Positions 1-9,843 of a stretch of DNA of 34,040 nucleotides are shown piece by piece. Origin of the DNA: Promethearchaeota archaeon (GTDB lineage: Archaea > Asgardarchaeota > Lokiarchaeia > Sigyniarchaeales > SOKP01); assembly GCA_048938445.1 (NCBI GenBank), contig JBHLME010000042.1, positions 1 through 34,040 of the forward strand. The letters are read 5' to 3'. Each line of letters starts with the position of its first letter. The stretch's first letter is position 1. The position numbers and the translations under genes were made by a program. Below the pieces are notes generated by a model, which worked only from the letters and a program-made list of their open reading frames with translations, was not told the DNA's origin and ran no database searches.

Positions 1-1787
1 TCTTTTTTTTGTTCATCAATCCGCTGGATTTGTGGTTCTTGTACCTCTTTTTTCATCATGTATGTTTGTTCATACTCTTCGTCTCTTCTTGCTTTTTTTG
101 CCTCAATTTCACGCAATTTTTTATCCTTTTCTAACTTTTCTTTATAAAGACGTATGGAATTATTGTAATATGCCGCTTCATTTTTTAATCCTTTTTCTTG
201 AAGCATTTTCTGAATTTTTTTATATGTTTCTATAATTTCAGGATAAGGACATTCAATGAAATTCTTCTTTTTTAATGCTAAAGTATATTCTCTATCTAAA
301 TTATTGGCATGATTAATCATTTCATTGATAGCATGTTCAAAGTCTTCCTTTTCAGTTTCTTTTTTCCTTAATTCTTCTATTTTTTCCATTTTTTTCTCAA
401 ATGCCGCTAACTGTTCTTCAATGCTATCCATTTTTCTCATTTCTTCAATGTCTTTTTGTTTTTGGGCTTTTTCAGCTTCAACCTTTCGTAAATTCTCATC
501 TTTTTTCAATTTATCTTTATAGATATTAATTTGAAGATAGTAAGGTTTTGCTTCATTACTCCATCCTTTTTCAAGTAATCTATCTTTTATTTCAGTATAA
601 ATATTAATTACATCAGAATAAGGGCACTCCATTTTTTTTATCGTATCACTAACATCTTTTCTCAAAGCATATTCATAATCTCTTACCCTTTTTTCAGCAT
701 CATCAACCATGGTTGATATTTCATTTTGAAATATCTCATCTTCTTCTTTTTGTCTTTCAATTTCTAAAAGTTTTTCTGCTTTGTCTTTTAATTCTTGAAA
801 TCTTTCCTTAGCTTCTTTGTCTAGTCTTTCATAATGCTGAGTAGTTGTATCCCCTTCTTGCTCCTCAACAATATCAACTTTTTCTAATTCTTTTGTATGA
901 AGTTCTTTATCTTGTTTTAATTGCTGAATTTTTTGTTGGACTTCTCTTTGTTCATGATCCCAACTTAATTGCTTAAATAAAATATTTGCTTCATCAAATA
1001 AATTAATCGCATCATCATATTGAAAATTTTCGGCACGTTCAGTAGCTTGCGCTAGCAATTTATACGCTAAACCTGAAAGATGCTTAATTCGTTTTTGAGT
1101 ATCATCATCTATTTCTGATTTGTCAGTTTTTAGTTCTTGTTCTTTTATTAATTCTTTTTCTGACAAATCATCAAGTACATCTAAAACGGGCTCTTCTTTT
1201 TTCGCACTTTTTAAGAATGCAGTCTTTTTCTTATAGCACGCTTCAATTAATTCATTAATTTCTTGTAATTTTGGAATATCATTCAGTTTTTCATAAATTT
1301 TAAAACTTTCGTCATATTTTTGAAGAGCTTCATCATATTCATCAATTTCTATTAGTTGTTGTGCTTCTTTAATTAAATTTGCTCCTAAATCCGTTGTATC
1401 AATTTTTTCTACTTCTGAATCTTTAATGAAATTCTCAACAAGTTCTTTTTCAAGAATTTCAGGGTTCTTTGAAACTGGTTCAATTGAATCCAGAGCAATT
1501 TCTACATCTCTAAATTGTTGTTCTTTTAAAAGGTATATTTCAGAAATTTTCTTATTTATAGCATCAATTTCATCTTGTCTATTAATTTGTTCATATAATC
1601 CAATTGCTTGACGTAATATTTCGATACTATCATCATAATATTGGGAATTAATCAAAGATATTGCATGCTCAACAAGTTGATATCCCTCCGCGGATATTTC
1701 TTCTTCCATTTCCATCAAGTTTGAAAAAAATGCTTCTTTTGTGGGATCATACCCATTTTCATCCCATTCTTCATTATTTTCGTTCAT
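1..1787 (-). CDS. Large alpha-helical (TPR-like/coiled-coil) protein, 3' end runs off the window
   Basis: Absent from the ORF track because no stop lies in the window. Translated by hand from ATG at 1787: MNENNEEWDENGYDPTKEAFFSNLMEMEEEISAEGYQLVEHAISLINSQYYDDSIEILRQAIGLYEQ. Frame was open wherever checked (1201-1260, 241-300). Glu/Lys-rich with TPR-like helix pairs and an internal repeat (ECPYSDVINIY...KGW / ECPYPEIIETY...KGL). Confidence 0.85.
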   Translation of the reverse strand, partial: MNENNEEWDENGYDPTKEAFFSNLMEMEEEISAEGYQLVEHAISLINSQYYDDSIEILRQAIGLYEQINRQDEIDAINKKISEIYLLKEQQFRDVEIALDSIEPVSKNPEILEKELVENFIKDSEVEKIDTTDLGANLIKEAQQLIEIDEYDEALQKYDESFKIYEKLNDIPKLQEINELIEACYKKKTAFLKSAKKEEPVLDVLDDLSEKELIKEQELKTDKSEIDDDTQKRIKHLSGLAYKLLAQATERAENFQYDDAINLFDEANILFKQLSWDHEQREVQQKIQQLKQDKELHTKELEKVDIVEEQEGDTTTQHYERLDKEAKERFQELKDKAEKLLEIERQKEEDEIFQNEISTMVDDAEKRVRDYEYALRKDVSDTIKKMECPYSDVINIYTEIKDRLLEKGWSNEAKPYYLQINIYKDKLKKDENLRKVEAEKAQKQKDIEEMRKMDSIEEQLAAFEKKMEKIEELRKKETEKEDFEHAINEMINHANNLDREYTLALKKKNFIECPYPEIIETYKKIQKMLQEKGLKNEAAYYNNSIRLYKEKLEKDKKLREIEAKKARRDEEYEQTYMMKKEVQEPQIQRIDEQKK

Positions 1788-1957
1788 GTGAGCTCAATTT
1801 AGATATTATGTTAGACTTTTCCTATTATAAATTAATTTTAATGTAGTTAAGATATAATATTCAGTTATGACTTAAAAACTCATTTTTAGACATTAATTAT
1901 AAATGATAATTATAAATATGAATCATTAGTATGATGAAAATCTTGTTTTAAAAGGAT

Positions 1958-2356
1958 TTATAGCTTCGCACGATATTTTTTGATATATTCATCACACGCA
2001 TCTCCTCCCTCATCAGTTAAGATCCACCCATCATCTATTTTTTTTACAAGATTTAACCTAGACACGTTATCTAATAATTGTTCTATTTGAGATATATTTT
2101 TATTTGTCTTGAAATCCTGTTTCAAGCATAATATTATTTCTTCCATGGAAACAGGATGATTAAGGTCATCTTCCATCACACCTATTGCGGCTAGAATGAG
2201 GTCCTCTTCTTTCATTGCAGCATCCATCTCTTGTGATATTTCTTCTAATAACCATGGATTTTGTGCTAATAATTCTTTAATTGCTTTATCATCTCCTGCT
2301 TTGAAAACTTTCTCAAAATCTTCTCGGATTTTTTTCTTTTTAGCCATTTTTTTCAC
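1958..2356 (-). CDS. Hypothetical protein with probable C-terminal winged helix
   Basis: 132-aa ORF. C-terminal VSMEEIILCLK...IEQLLDNVSRLNLVKKIDDGWILTDEG fits a wHTH pattern. Start may be the downstream ATG (MAKKKK). Confidence 0.7.
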   Translation of the reverse strand: MKKMAKKKKIREDFEKVFKAGDDKAIKELLAQNPWLLEEISQEMDAAMKEEDLILAAIGVMEDDLNHPVSMEEIILCLKQDFKTNKNISQIEQLLDNVSRLNLVKKIDDGWILTDEGGDACDEYIKKYRAKL

Positions 2357-2494
2357 TTATCACTCAAGATAATTTGAATAAAGTAATCATGATAATCTTA
2401 AATTTATATATCCTTTAAGAAAGTTAAGAAATTTATATTTAATGTTTTCAAATATTCAAGGTTCTTTTTATTAGAAAAATTTAAATTATAAACT

Positions 2495-2992
2495 CTATAC
2501 CATGTCTTTTCTTTTTTCAATGACGTATTCGCAGTGTGTTAATTTTGGGTCATCAATAGAACATCGTGTTTCTTTCACAGTGACACGATAAAGAATATAT
2601 TCACCGAAACCAGTGAGGAATCCTTTAATGAAATAACAAATATTTTTTGCAGGACTTTCTAACTCTGTAGCTATATTTGTATGTTGTTCTATAATGATTT
2701 GGTCTTCTGAAATTTTTTTTGCTACAAATCGACCCCATCCCAGATTAGACATGATATCCACAAAATTATTTGTAAGATCTTTTATAGATTTAGCGTTTAT
2801 GTTTGCATCCCAATTTTGCACTAAATTCCATCCCGCTCTTTTTCCAAGCCAAACTAATAAAGACAAAACTCCTTCACCATATATCGATGAAAGAAGATCA
2901 ATTATTTGAGGAGGGAACAAAACAAATCGATCATCAAATATTTCGAATTTTCCAGTACTATATTTAAGTCCTTTTATTTTAAAATTTCTCAT
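2495..2992 (-). CDS. V4R (4-vinyl reductase) domain protein, Bet3/TRAPP-related fold
   Basis: Motifs LGKRAG, LGWGRF, ICYFIKGFLTG and ETRC...HCEY are typical of V4R domains. Confidence 0.8.
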   Translation of the reverse strand: MRNFKIKGLKYSTGKFEIFDDRFVLFPPQIIDLLSSIYGEGVLSLLVWLGKRAGWNLVQNWDANINAKSIKDLTNNFVDIMSNLGWGRFVAKKISEDQIIIEQHTNIATELESPAKNICYFIKGFLTGFGEYILYRVTVKETRCSIDDPKLTHCEYVIEKRKDMV

Positions 2993-3179
2993 AATTAATA
3001 TTATTATTATTATTATATTTTAATTCTTTTTCTTTCAAATGTCCATTTAATATAATCTCTAATTACTTATTTATGATGTTTATAAATAGAATAAATTCCA
3101 TTCTTAATAATCCTCATATTGAACGTAATTAAACTTGTTCAATTAAAAGAAAAACTAATAAAAAAGTAATAGATAAAAA

Positions 3180-3893
3180 TTATAATTTTAAGAATTGTTC
3201 AATTTCTTCTTTAGAGCATATTTTAAATTGTTTATCTTCAGATTTAATATATCCTAATCGAAGATTATCTTTATTTAATTCGTCTTCACTTGATTCTTTC
3301 AGAGCATTTAAAGCTAATTTAATTAATTCATCAAAAGTTAAATCTGGTTTATAATTTTCTGTAATATAATCTCTCGCGGTGGTTTCACCACTTCCAATAG
3401 CATAAGCTTTAAAGGATCGATAAATTCCACTTGGACTTGTAGTAAATATCTGTGGTCCAATAGAATCGATTCCAATGAAAAAGAGAGCACAACCAAAGGG
3501 CCTAATACCTCCATACTGAGTATACATTTGTTTCAAATCAGCAATTGATTTTACTAACATTCCAAGGCGCACAGGTTCGTCATATGTTAATCTAAATGAC
3601 TGGGCTTGCACTCTAGAGTAATTTATTAACATTCTTGAATCTGCGTGTAATCCAGAAATTGCAACTCCAATATGTTCATCAACTTGAAAGATTTTATCAA
3701 TAGCGTCTGCATCCATTAAGACGGATGGTACCTTGATTTGAGCTGCAATACATACATCAGTATTAGATTTTATGGCAACTGCTAAAGTACCCCTTCTAAC
3801 AGCCTCTAAAGCATATTCTACTTGGTATAATCGCCCTTCAGGACTAAAAACTGTTAGGGCTCTATCATATGCCCTTCCTCCTGCTCCAAACAT
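3180..3893 (-). CDS. psmA: Proteasome subunit alpha (archaeal 20S)
   Basis: Signature YDRALTVFSPEGRLYQVEYA, plus YTQYGGIRPFG and AIGSG. Confidence 0.97.
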   Translation of the reverse strand: MFGAGGRAYDRALTVFSPEGRLYQVEYALEAVRRGTLAVAIKSNTDVCIAAQIKVPSVLMDADAIDKIFQVDEHIGVAISGLHADSRMLINYSRVQAQSFRLTYDEPVRLGMLVKSIADLKQMYTQYGGIRPFGCALFFIGIDSIGPQIFTTSPSGIYRSFKAYAIGSGETTARDYITENYKPDLTFDELIKLALNALKESSEDELNKDNLRLGYIKSEDKQFKICSKEEIEQFLKL

Positions 3894-3994
3894 TAAAATC
3901 TTGACCTATAATTGTATGATTATTAATTATATTTATAATATTAAAATTCTCAACAGAATTTTAATTTAATCAATTTAAAACATTAATAAAGTAT

Positions 3995-4543
3995 TTATAT
4001 TTTACCTGAAGACTTTAAGATAGCTAGAGTTAATTCTTGAAAAATATTTCTTATATGAACATCTGCTTTCGCACTTGATTCAATATAGGCTATTGCACCT
4101 AGTTCTTCTTTATATGATTCACCATCTTGGGAACTTACTTCTCGTAAATCACCATCTGCCAAATCAGTTTTATTTCCTACTAACATGTAGGGTTTACCAG
4201 TGCCAATTACTTTTTCTACTTCGGTTCTCCATCCATTTAAATTTGCAAATGAACTTCTTCTAGTAAGATCAAATACAAAAATGACTCCCGTAGCTCCTCT
4301 ATAGAATGGAGGTCTGACAAATGAAAAATGCTTTTGTCCTGCTAAATCCCATAATTGAAGTTTTACTGAAATGTTAGAATGATCGAGTAGATCTACTTGT
4401 TTAGTTGAGAAATTACTTCCTATTGTCATGATGTAATTTTCTTTAAAAGTATTTTCGCAATATCTCAAAACCATGCTGGTTTTTCCGACACCACCGTCAC
4501 CGACAATAGCTATCTTATATATAAAGCTCCTTACTTCAGACAT
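3995..4543 (-). CDS. Rab-like small GTPase (Ras superfamily)
   Basis: G1 GDGGVGKTS, G2 TIGSNF, G3 WDLAGQ, FYRGA, G4 NKTD, G5 SAK. No C-terminal prenylation cysteines. Confidence 0.95.
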   Translation of the reverse strand: MSEVRSFIYKIAIVGDGGVGKTSMVLRYCENTFKENYIMTIGSNFSTKQVDLLDHSNISVKLQLWDLAGQKHFSFVRPPFYRGATGVIFVFDLTRRSSFANLNGWRTEVEKVIGTGKPYMLVGNKTDLADGDLREVSSQDGESYKEELGAIAYIESSAKADVHIRNIFQELTLAILKSSGKI

Positions 4544-4766
4544 AATATATTTGTTGATACTAATATTTTAATTATAATAATAGTAATAAATTTATATAAA
4601 TATAAGGAATTGCGATAAATAAAACCAATACTAATATAATTTTTTCTTAATTTAATTCTATTATATATGTGGTAAAAACAAGTCTGAAAATAAAAATAAT
4701 TTCTTTTTCAAGTAATTTTTATAAAAAACCTTATCTTCAACTCAAATAAGTATAAATTTTAGGAAA

Positions 4767-5537
4767 ATGGATGATAAAGAAAAGCTTGAGAAATTAGCAC
4801 AGTTAATCATTGATTCAAATAATATCATTGTTTTAAGTGGTGCGGGGATGAGCACTGAATCGGGTATTGCTGATTTTCGCACACCCAATACGGGATTATG
4901 GGAAACCGTAGACCCTTATGAATTTGGAGATATTAGATCTTATGTTAATGATACAGGGAACTATTTTAAGATGATGTTAGAAGTAGGTCTTGCGATTTTT
5001 AGAGCTAAACCGAATAAAGGTCATAAAGCACTTACAAGATTGCAAAAATTAGGAAAATTACATGGGATACTTACACAAAATATCGACAATTTGCACAAAA
5101 AAGCCCGGACAAAATGTGAAATTGTAGAACTTCATGGAACTGTAACTGAGTCAAAATGTATGAAATGTAAAAAGATATTTCCCATTACTACATTAGTAAA
5201 TAAGGTATTAAGTGGTAAAAGTGTAACTTGTGATGAATGTAATGGACTACTAAAACCAAATGCCATTTTTTTTGGAGAACCGTTAGAATTTAATACACTT
5301 GCACGAGCTGATAAATTGATTGATGATTGCGATCTCCTAATAGTGCTCGGAAGTTCTTTATTGGTTTCACCCGTGTCTTTTTATCCTGCAAGGGCTATTT
5401 CCCATGGTGCTAAAGTGGCAATTATTAACATTCAAGATACATACATTGATGCTCAAGCAGAAGTTGTCATCCATGATAAAATAGGTGATATATTTCCTCT
5501 AATAGTAGATCTAGTAGAACAAAAACTATCTCACTAA
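4767..5537 (+). CDS. cobB: NAD-dependent protein deacylase, Sir2 family
   Basis: SGAGMSTESGIADFR, TQNIDNLH, ELHG, two CxxC zinc pairs, LGSSLLVSP. Confidence 0.95.
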   Translation: MDDKEKLEKLAQLIIDSNNIIVLSGAGMSTESGIADFRTPNTGLWETVDPYEFGDIRSYVNDTGNYFKMMLEVGLAIFRAKPNKGHKALTRLQKLGKLHGILTQNIDNLHKKARTKCEIVELHGTVTESKCMKCKKIFPITTLVNKVLSGKSVTCDECNGLLKPNAIFFGEPLEFNTLARADKLIDDCDLLIVLGSSLLVSPVSFYPARAISHGAKVAIINIQDTYIDAQAEVVIHDKIGDIFPLIVDLVEQKLSH

Positions 5538-5641
5538 ACCTATATCATAGATCTAGTTTCTTTTAAGAAGGTTTATATAAGTAAAATTTGTTGTGTTATA
5601 TATACTAATTACCAAGTAATTCTTTTAATGTAAATAAGGAG

Positions 5642-5923
5642 TTGTTAAATTTGGACAAGTTATCTGATAAATTATCCCCAAGTATGCAAGAAAAAATTGA
5701 GAAAAGTGTTGAAAAAGTATTCCAAAAAATATTAGAGAGAGCATCAAAAGATGATTCCATAGAGGGATTAATTAAATCATTATTAGTAGAAAAGGTAATG
5801 AACATTATTGGATCCTTGATTAATAGACCTGTTGTTAAAAAATTAGCAAAAAAAGCAGTAAAAAAATCTGTTGATAATATTTGGGAAAAAAAACGAGATG
5901 TATTTATGTCAAGATTCAAGTAA
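5642..5923 (+). CDS. Small helical hypothetical protein
   Basis: TTG start preceded by AAGGAG; basic/helical composition. An internal ATG (MQEKIEK) is an alternative start. Confidence 0.6.
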   Translation: MLNLDKLSDKLSPSMQEKIEKSVEKVFQKILERASKDDSIEGLIKSLLVEKVMNIIGSLINRPVVKKLAKKAVKKSVDNIWEKKRDVFMSRFK

Positions 5924-5955
5924 TCCGTCTATGATTTAATTAAGGATCATGAATT

Positions 5956-7677
5956 CTATGGTCTTCTTAAAATTTTTTTATCAATCTTACCTACTGAAGT
6001 TAATGGTAATTCTTCTATGAATTCAATAACTTTAGGTATTTCATATGGAGCACATTTTTCTTTTGCATGCCGTAAAATGTCCTCCTTTAACTCATCTTGA
6101 TTTTCATGACCTTCATAATTAGGATGAAGTTGTATGAATGCTTTCACTATTTCGGAACCAGGTCTTTCTGGATTTGGTACCCCTACTAAAGCAATAGCAT
6201 CGATTGCTTCATGCTCACATAGAATATCTTCCACTTTACTAGAAAATACTTTATATCCAGAAACGATTATCATGTCTTTTGTACGATCAACTATTCTTAA
6301 ATATCCTTCTGTATCCATTATTGCAATATCGCCAGTGTGCATGTAGCCATCAGGATCAATTGCCTTATTAGATTCTTCTGGTTTGTTGTAATAACCTTTC
6401 ATTACCATGGGCCCCCGCACACATATTTCTCCGGGTTCACCAACTGGAACCTCTTCACTTGTTACAGGATCGAGTAATTTTAGCTCTGTGTTTAATAAAG
6501 GTAAACCAATTGAACCTAGCTTTTTTTTACCTCTTGCAGGATTCATGGTTGTCAATGGAGAGGTTTCTGTCATTCCATACACTTCTATTAATTTCCCCTT
6601 TCCAACTATTCTTTCTAATTCTATTTGTGATTCTTTTGGGAATGGAGATGCTGCTGTAATACAAGATTCAAGATAGGAATGATCTAATTTGGAAAATTTG
6701 GGATTTTTCAATAATATCTGAAAAAGTGAAGGTACATTGACTAGAGCTGTTGGATGATATTTCTTAATTTGTTTACAAATTTGTTTTGTATCCCGAGGAT
6801 CTGGAATTAAAACTTGAGTCCACCCTAAATATAAGCAGTTTTCACAAAAAAACAAGCCAGCGATATGAAAAAAAGGGAATCCAGATAATGCAAGTCCCCT
6901 TCCAGCACCCCAATTTAACCATTTTTGCACGATTAGAAGATCAGATAATGCACTTTTATGTGAAAGCATCGCGCCCTTTGGGACTCCAGTCGTACCTCCA
7001 GTATATTGAATATAAGCAATATCTTCATTTGAAATATCAATATCAATTGGCGATGTTGGATAATTTAAGACTTCTTTATGAAAATCAATAACTTTTTTTC
7101 CAGGAAGAGGATAAACATCACCCTTTGGAATTTTTCCTGCTAATTTTCCTAAAGTTCTGATTATTTTTGGTAAAAATCCTCCAACATTGGTAGTTATAAC
7201 CAATTTTACTTGAGGAAGTTTTGATGCAATTTTAGTTAATCTTACAGCAAAAATGATATCTAATGTAAATAGTGCCACTTTTTTTCCTTCTTGACCCAAA
7301 TCGTTTAGTTGGTACTCCATTTGGACTTCTGAAAGAAGTGGTGAAACTCCTGACACTATACATCCTGCTTTGAGTGTGCCAACTAAGGCTATTATATATT
7401 CTGGGATATTTGCTAGATTGATAGCAACGATATCCCCTTTATTAAAGTCATTATCAATTAACATGTTTGCAAATTGATTTGAATACTCATCAAGTTCTTT
7501 AAATGAAATTTCTACACCCCTAAAGGTGAATGCTGTTTTTTCAGGAAATAATTCAAAAGTGCGTCGTAAAGATTGAGGGATTGAACCTAAAGTTTCCCAT
7601 TCCTTAGGATCTAAATCATCTAAGCCTTTATCCCACGATTTCTTCCAAAACCTATCATGATATAAGCTATATAGCAT
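5956..7677 (-). CDS. fadD: Long-chain fatty acid--CoA ligase (AMP-binding family)
   Basis: YTGGTTGVPKG, YGMTE, HTGDIA, DRTKDMIIVSG and A10 motif LPLTSVGKIDK with intact Lys. AGGTGA RBS upstream. Confidence 0.92.
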   Translation of the reverse strand: MLYSLYHDRFWKKSWDKGLDDLDPKEWETLGSIPQSLRRTFELFPEKTAFTFRGVEISFKELDEYSNQFANMLIDNDFNKGDIVAINLANIPEYIIALVGTLKAGCIVSGVSPLLSEVQMEYQLNDLGQEGKKVALFTLDIIFAVRLTKIASKLPQVKLVITTNVGGFLPKIIRTLGKLAGKIPKGDVYPLPGKKVIDFHKEVLNYPTSPIDIDISNEDIAYIQYTGGTTGVPKGAMLSHKSALSDLLIVQKWLNWGAGRGLALSGFPFFHIAGLFFCENCLYLGWTQVLIPDPRDTKQICKQIKKYHPTALVNVPSLFQILLKNPKFSKLDHSYLESCITAASPFPKESQIELERIVGKGKLIEVYGMTETSPLTTMNPARGKKKLGSIGLPLLNTELKLLDPVTSEEVPVGEPGEICVRGPMVMKGYYNKPEESNKAIDPDGYMHTGDIAIMDTEGYLRIVDRTKDMIIVSGYKVFSSKVEDILCEHEAIDAIALVGVPNPERPGSEIVKAFIQLHPNYEGHENQDELKEDILRHAKEKCAPYEIPKVIEFIEELPLTSVGKIDKKILRRP

Positions 7678-7784
7678 TTAATCACCTAAATCATATTTGT
7701 ATATTAAATCATTTGTATATACTTAGATGTAAAAGAATATATATACTTTCAATTTTAAAATTAATCATTTTCACATTAAAAAAA

Positions 7785-9503
7785 TTATAAATTTCGAAGA
7801 GCTTTTTTATCGACAAAGCCTTCAGAAGTTAGAGGTAAATTATCAACAAATTCAATTATTTTTGGTACTTCATATGGAGAAGAACGCGCTTTTGTAAACC
7901 TTATTATTTCTTTTTTCAAATCATTTTCGCTCCCATTAAATTCATAATCTGAATCAAGTTTAATAAAAGCTTTTACTAATTCCGAACCAGGTCTTTCGGG
8001 ATTTGGGATTCCAATGATTGCTAAATTTTCAATAGCAGGATGTCTATATATTGTATCTTCAACTTTTTTTGAAAAAACCTTGAATCCTGATACGATAATC
8101 ATGTCTTTTCTTCTACCCACGATTTTTAAGTATCCCTCTTCATCCATTACTGCAATATCACCAGTACGAAGAAAACCATCTTCATTTAAAACTATCTTTG
8201 TTTCTTGTGGTTTATTATAATACCCTTGCATTACCTGAGGGCCTCTTACCCATATTTCTCCAGGCTCTCCCAATTGTACTATAGTTTCAATCTCAGGATC
8301 CATTATGGTTAACTCCGTATTCATGATTGGTAAACCTATTGAATCCAATTTTTTCTTTCCTTTAGCAGGATTTAATGTAATTATTGGAGAAGTTTCTGTC
8401 ATTCCATATGCTTCTATTAATTTTCCCTCTCCGATAATTGCTACTAATTGTTTCTTTGATTCTGATGGAAAAGGGGCTGCTGAAGAAATACAATATTCTA
8501 AATTGGAGAAATCTATTTTCTTAAATCTTTCATTCTTTAATAACAATTGATAAATCGAGGGGACATTAACAATAAGATTTGGTTTATATTTTTCCAGCAT
8601 TTTGCTAATATAATTAATATCTTGAGGTTTTGGTATTAATATTTGAGTTTGAGCATTGAAAAGGCAGCTTTCACAGAAGAAAATTCCAGCAATATGAAAA
8701 AACGGAAATGCTGAACATGATATTCCTTCACCTTGTTTCCATCCAAACCATTTTTTTACAATCAATAAGTTTGAAACGGAATTGCTATGAGTTAACATTG
8801 CTCCTTTAGGTAACGCAGTTGTGCCTCCAGTATATTTAATAAAAGCAAGATCTTCACCATTAACCTCAACATTAACAGGAGTGGTGGGATATTTAATTAA
8901 GATCTCTCTATGGAAATTGATAACCTCTTTATCTCGAAGGTATCCTTTCATGCCTTTAGGGATCCTTTTAGATAACTTTCCTAGTGACTTCTTAAACTTA
9001 GGCAAGAAATCCCCTAAGTTACATGTTATCACTAATTTTAATTGAGGTAAAGTTGATGCGATTCTTCTGAATTTTTTATAACATAAGGTATCAAGAGTAA
9101 AGAGTGATACTTTCTTTCCTGCTTCTGCTATATCACTCAATTTATATTGAATTTGCACCTCGCTAAGAAGCGTGCTCACGCCTGAAACAATACACCCAGC
9201 TTTAAGGGATCCCACTAATCCAATGACGTATTCTGGAATATTTGGGAGATTTAATGCAACTACATCGCCTTTATCGAGCCCTTTTTCAATCAACATGTTA
9301 GCAAACTGATTTGAATAAAGATCAATGTCTTTAAATGTGATTTCTACACCATAATAAGATAAAGCTACTTTATTTGGAAAATTATCAAAAGATTTCTTGA
9401 AAGCTTGAGGTAGTGAACCTATTGATTTCCACTCGGAAGGATCCAAATCCTCCAATCCCTCATCCCAAGATTTTTTCCAAAATCTGTCGCTATAAACTGT
9501 CAT
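7785..9503 (-). CDS. Acyl-CoA ligase paralogue with the A10 Lys replaced by Phe
   Basis: Collinear tandem paralogue of 5956..7677. Motifs YTGGTTALPKG, YGMTE, RTGDIA; C-terminal LPLTSEGFVDK. Confidence 0.88.
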   Translation of the reverse strand: MTVYSDRFWKKSWDEGLEDLDPSEWKSIGSLPQAFKKSFDNFPNKVALSYYGVEITFKDIDLYSNQFANMLIEKGLDKGDVVALNLPNIPEYVIGLVGSLKAGCIVSGVSTLLSEVQIQYKLSDIAEAGKKVSLFTLDTLCYKKFRRIASTLPQLKLVITCNLGDFLPKFKKSLGKLSKRIPKGMKGYLRDKEVINFHREILIKYPTTPVNVEVNGEDLAFIKYTGGTTALPKGAMLTHSNSVSNLLIVKKWFGWKQGEGISCSAFPFFHIAGIFFCESCLFNAQTQILIPKPQDINYISKMLEKYKPNLIVNVPSIYQLLLKNERFKKIDFSNLEYCISSAAPFPSESKKQLVAIIGEGKLIEAYGMTETSPIITLNPAKGKKKLDSIGLPIMNTELTIMDPEIETIVQLGEPGEIWVRGPQVMQGYYNKPQETKIVLNEDGFLRTGDIAVMDEEGYLKIVGRRKDMIIVSGFKVFSKKVEDTIYRHPAIENLAIIGIPNPERPGSELVKAFIKLDSDYEFNGSENDLKKEIIRFTKARSSPYEVPKIIEFVDNLPLTSEGFVDKKALRNL

Positions 9504-9800
9504 GTAAAGAGGTTGTTTTTATTTTTCAGCACTAAAAGAAGATCAGTCATGTATAAAATATGGTTTAAACCTTAAAAAATTATTTTTATAATAATAATAA
9601 GAAATTTGCTCATTTTTCATTGATTTAAGCATCATTTTTTTTATGCATAAATTTAGTTTTACTTTTACTCACCTCTCTCTGTCCGAGAAAAACATCATTA
9701 CATTTAAAAGAATCATTATTTCTAAAAAAGAAACATTCAAATTAATCAAGAGATATTGATTGATAGTTAAAAAAAAAATGTCGGTATATTAGAAAATTTT

Positions 9801-9830
9801 TTCCCTCATTTCATTTTATTGTTGGGGGAA
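9801..9830. promoter_or_regulatory. Imperfect inverted repeat upstream of the RadA-like gene
   Basis: TTCCCTCA-N14-TGGGGGAA, GC-rich in an AT-rich intergenic region, 13 nt before the start codon. Confidence 0.35.
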
Positions 9831-9843
9831 ATTAAATCACATA

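Noticed and set aside
32-1846. Short plus-strand ORFs 32..235, 325..522, 1426..1611, 1661..1846
   Set aside because: Antisense shadows of the long minus-strand CDS starting at 1787.
5605-5919. 104-aa minus-strand ORF
   Set aside because: Overlaps the plus-strand ORF, which has an RBS and more typical Lys/Glu-rich composition.
9545-9680. GAGGTGA RBS-like word and a ~30-codon minus-strand ORF with YYYY upstream of the second acyl-CoA ligase
   Set aside because: The RBS is too far from any ATG, the Tyr run comes from an ATA microsatellite, and no alternative hairpins were found.
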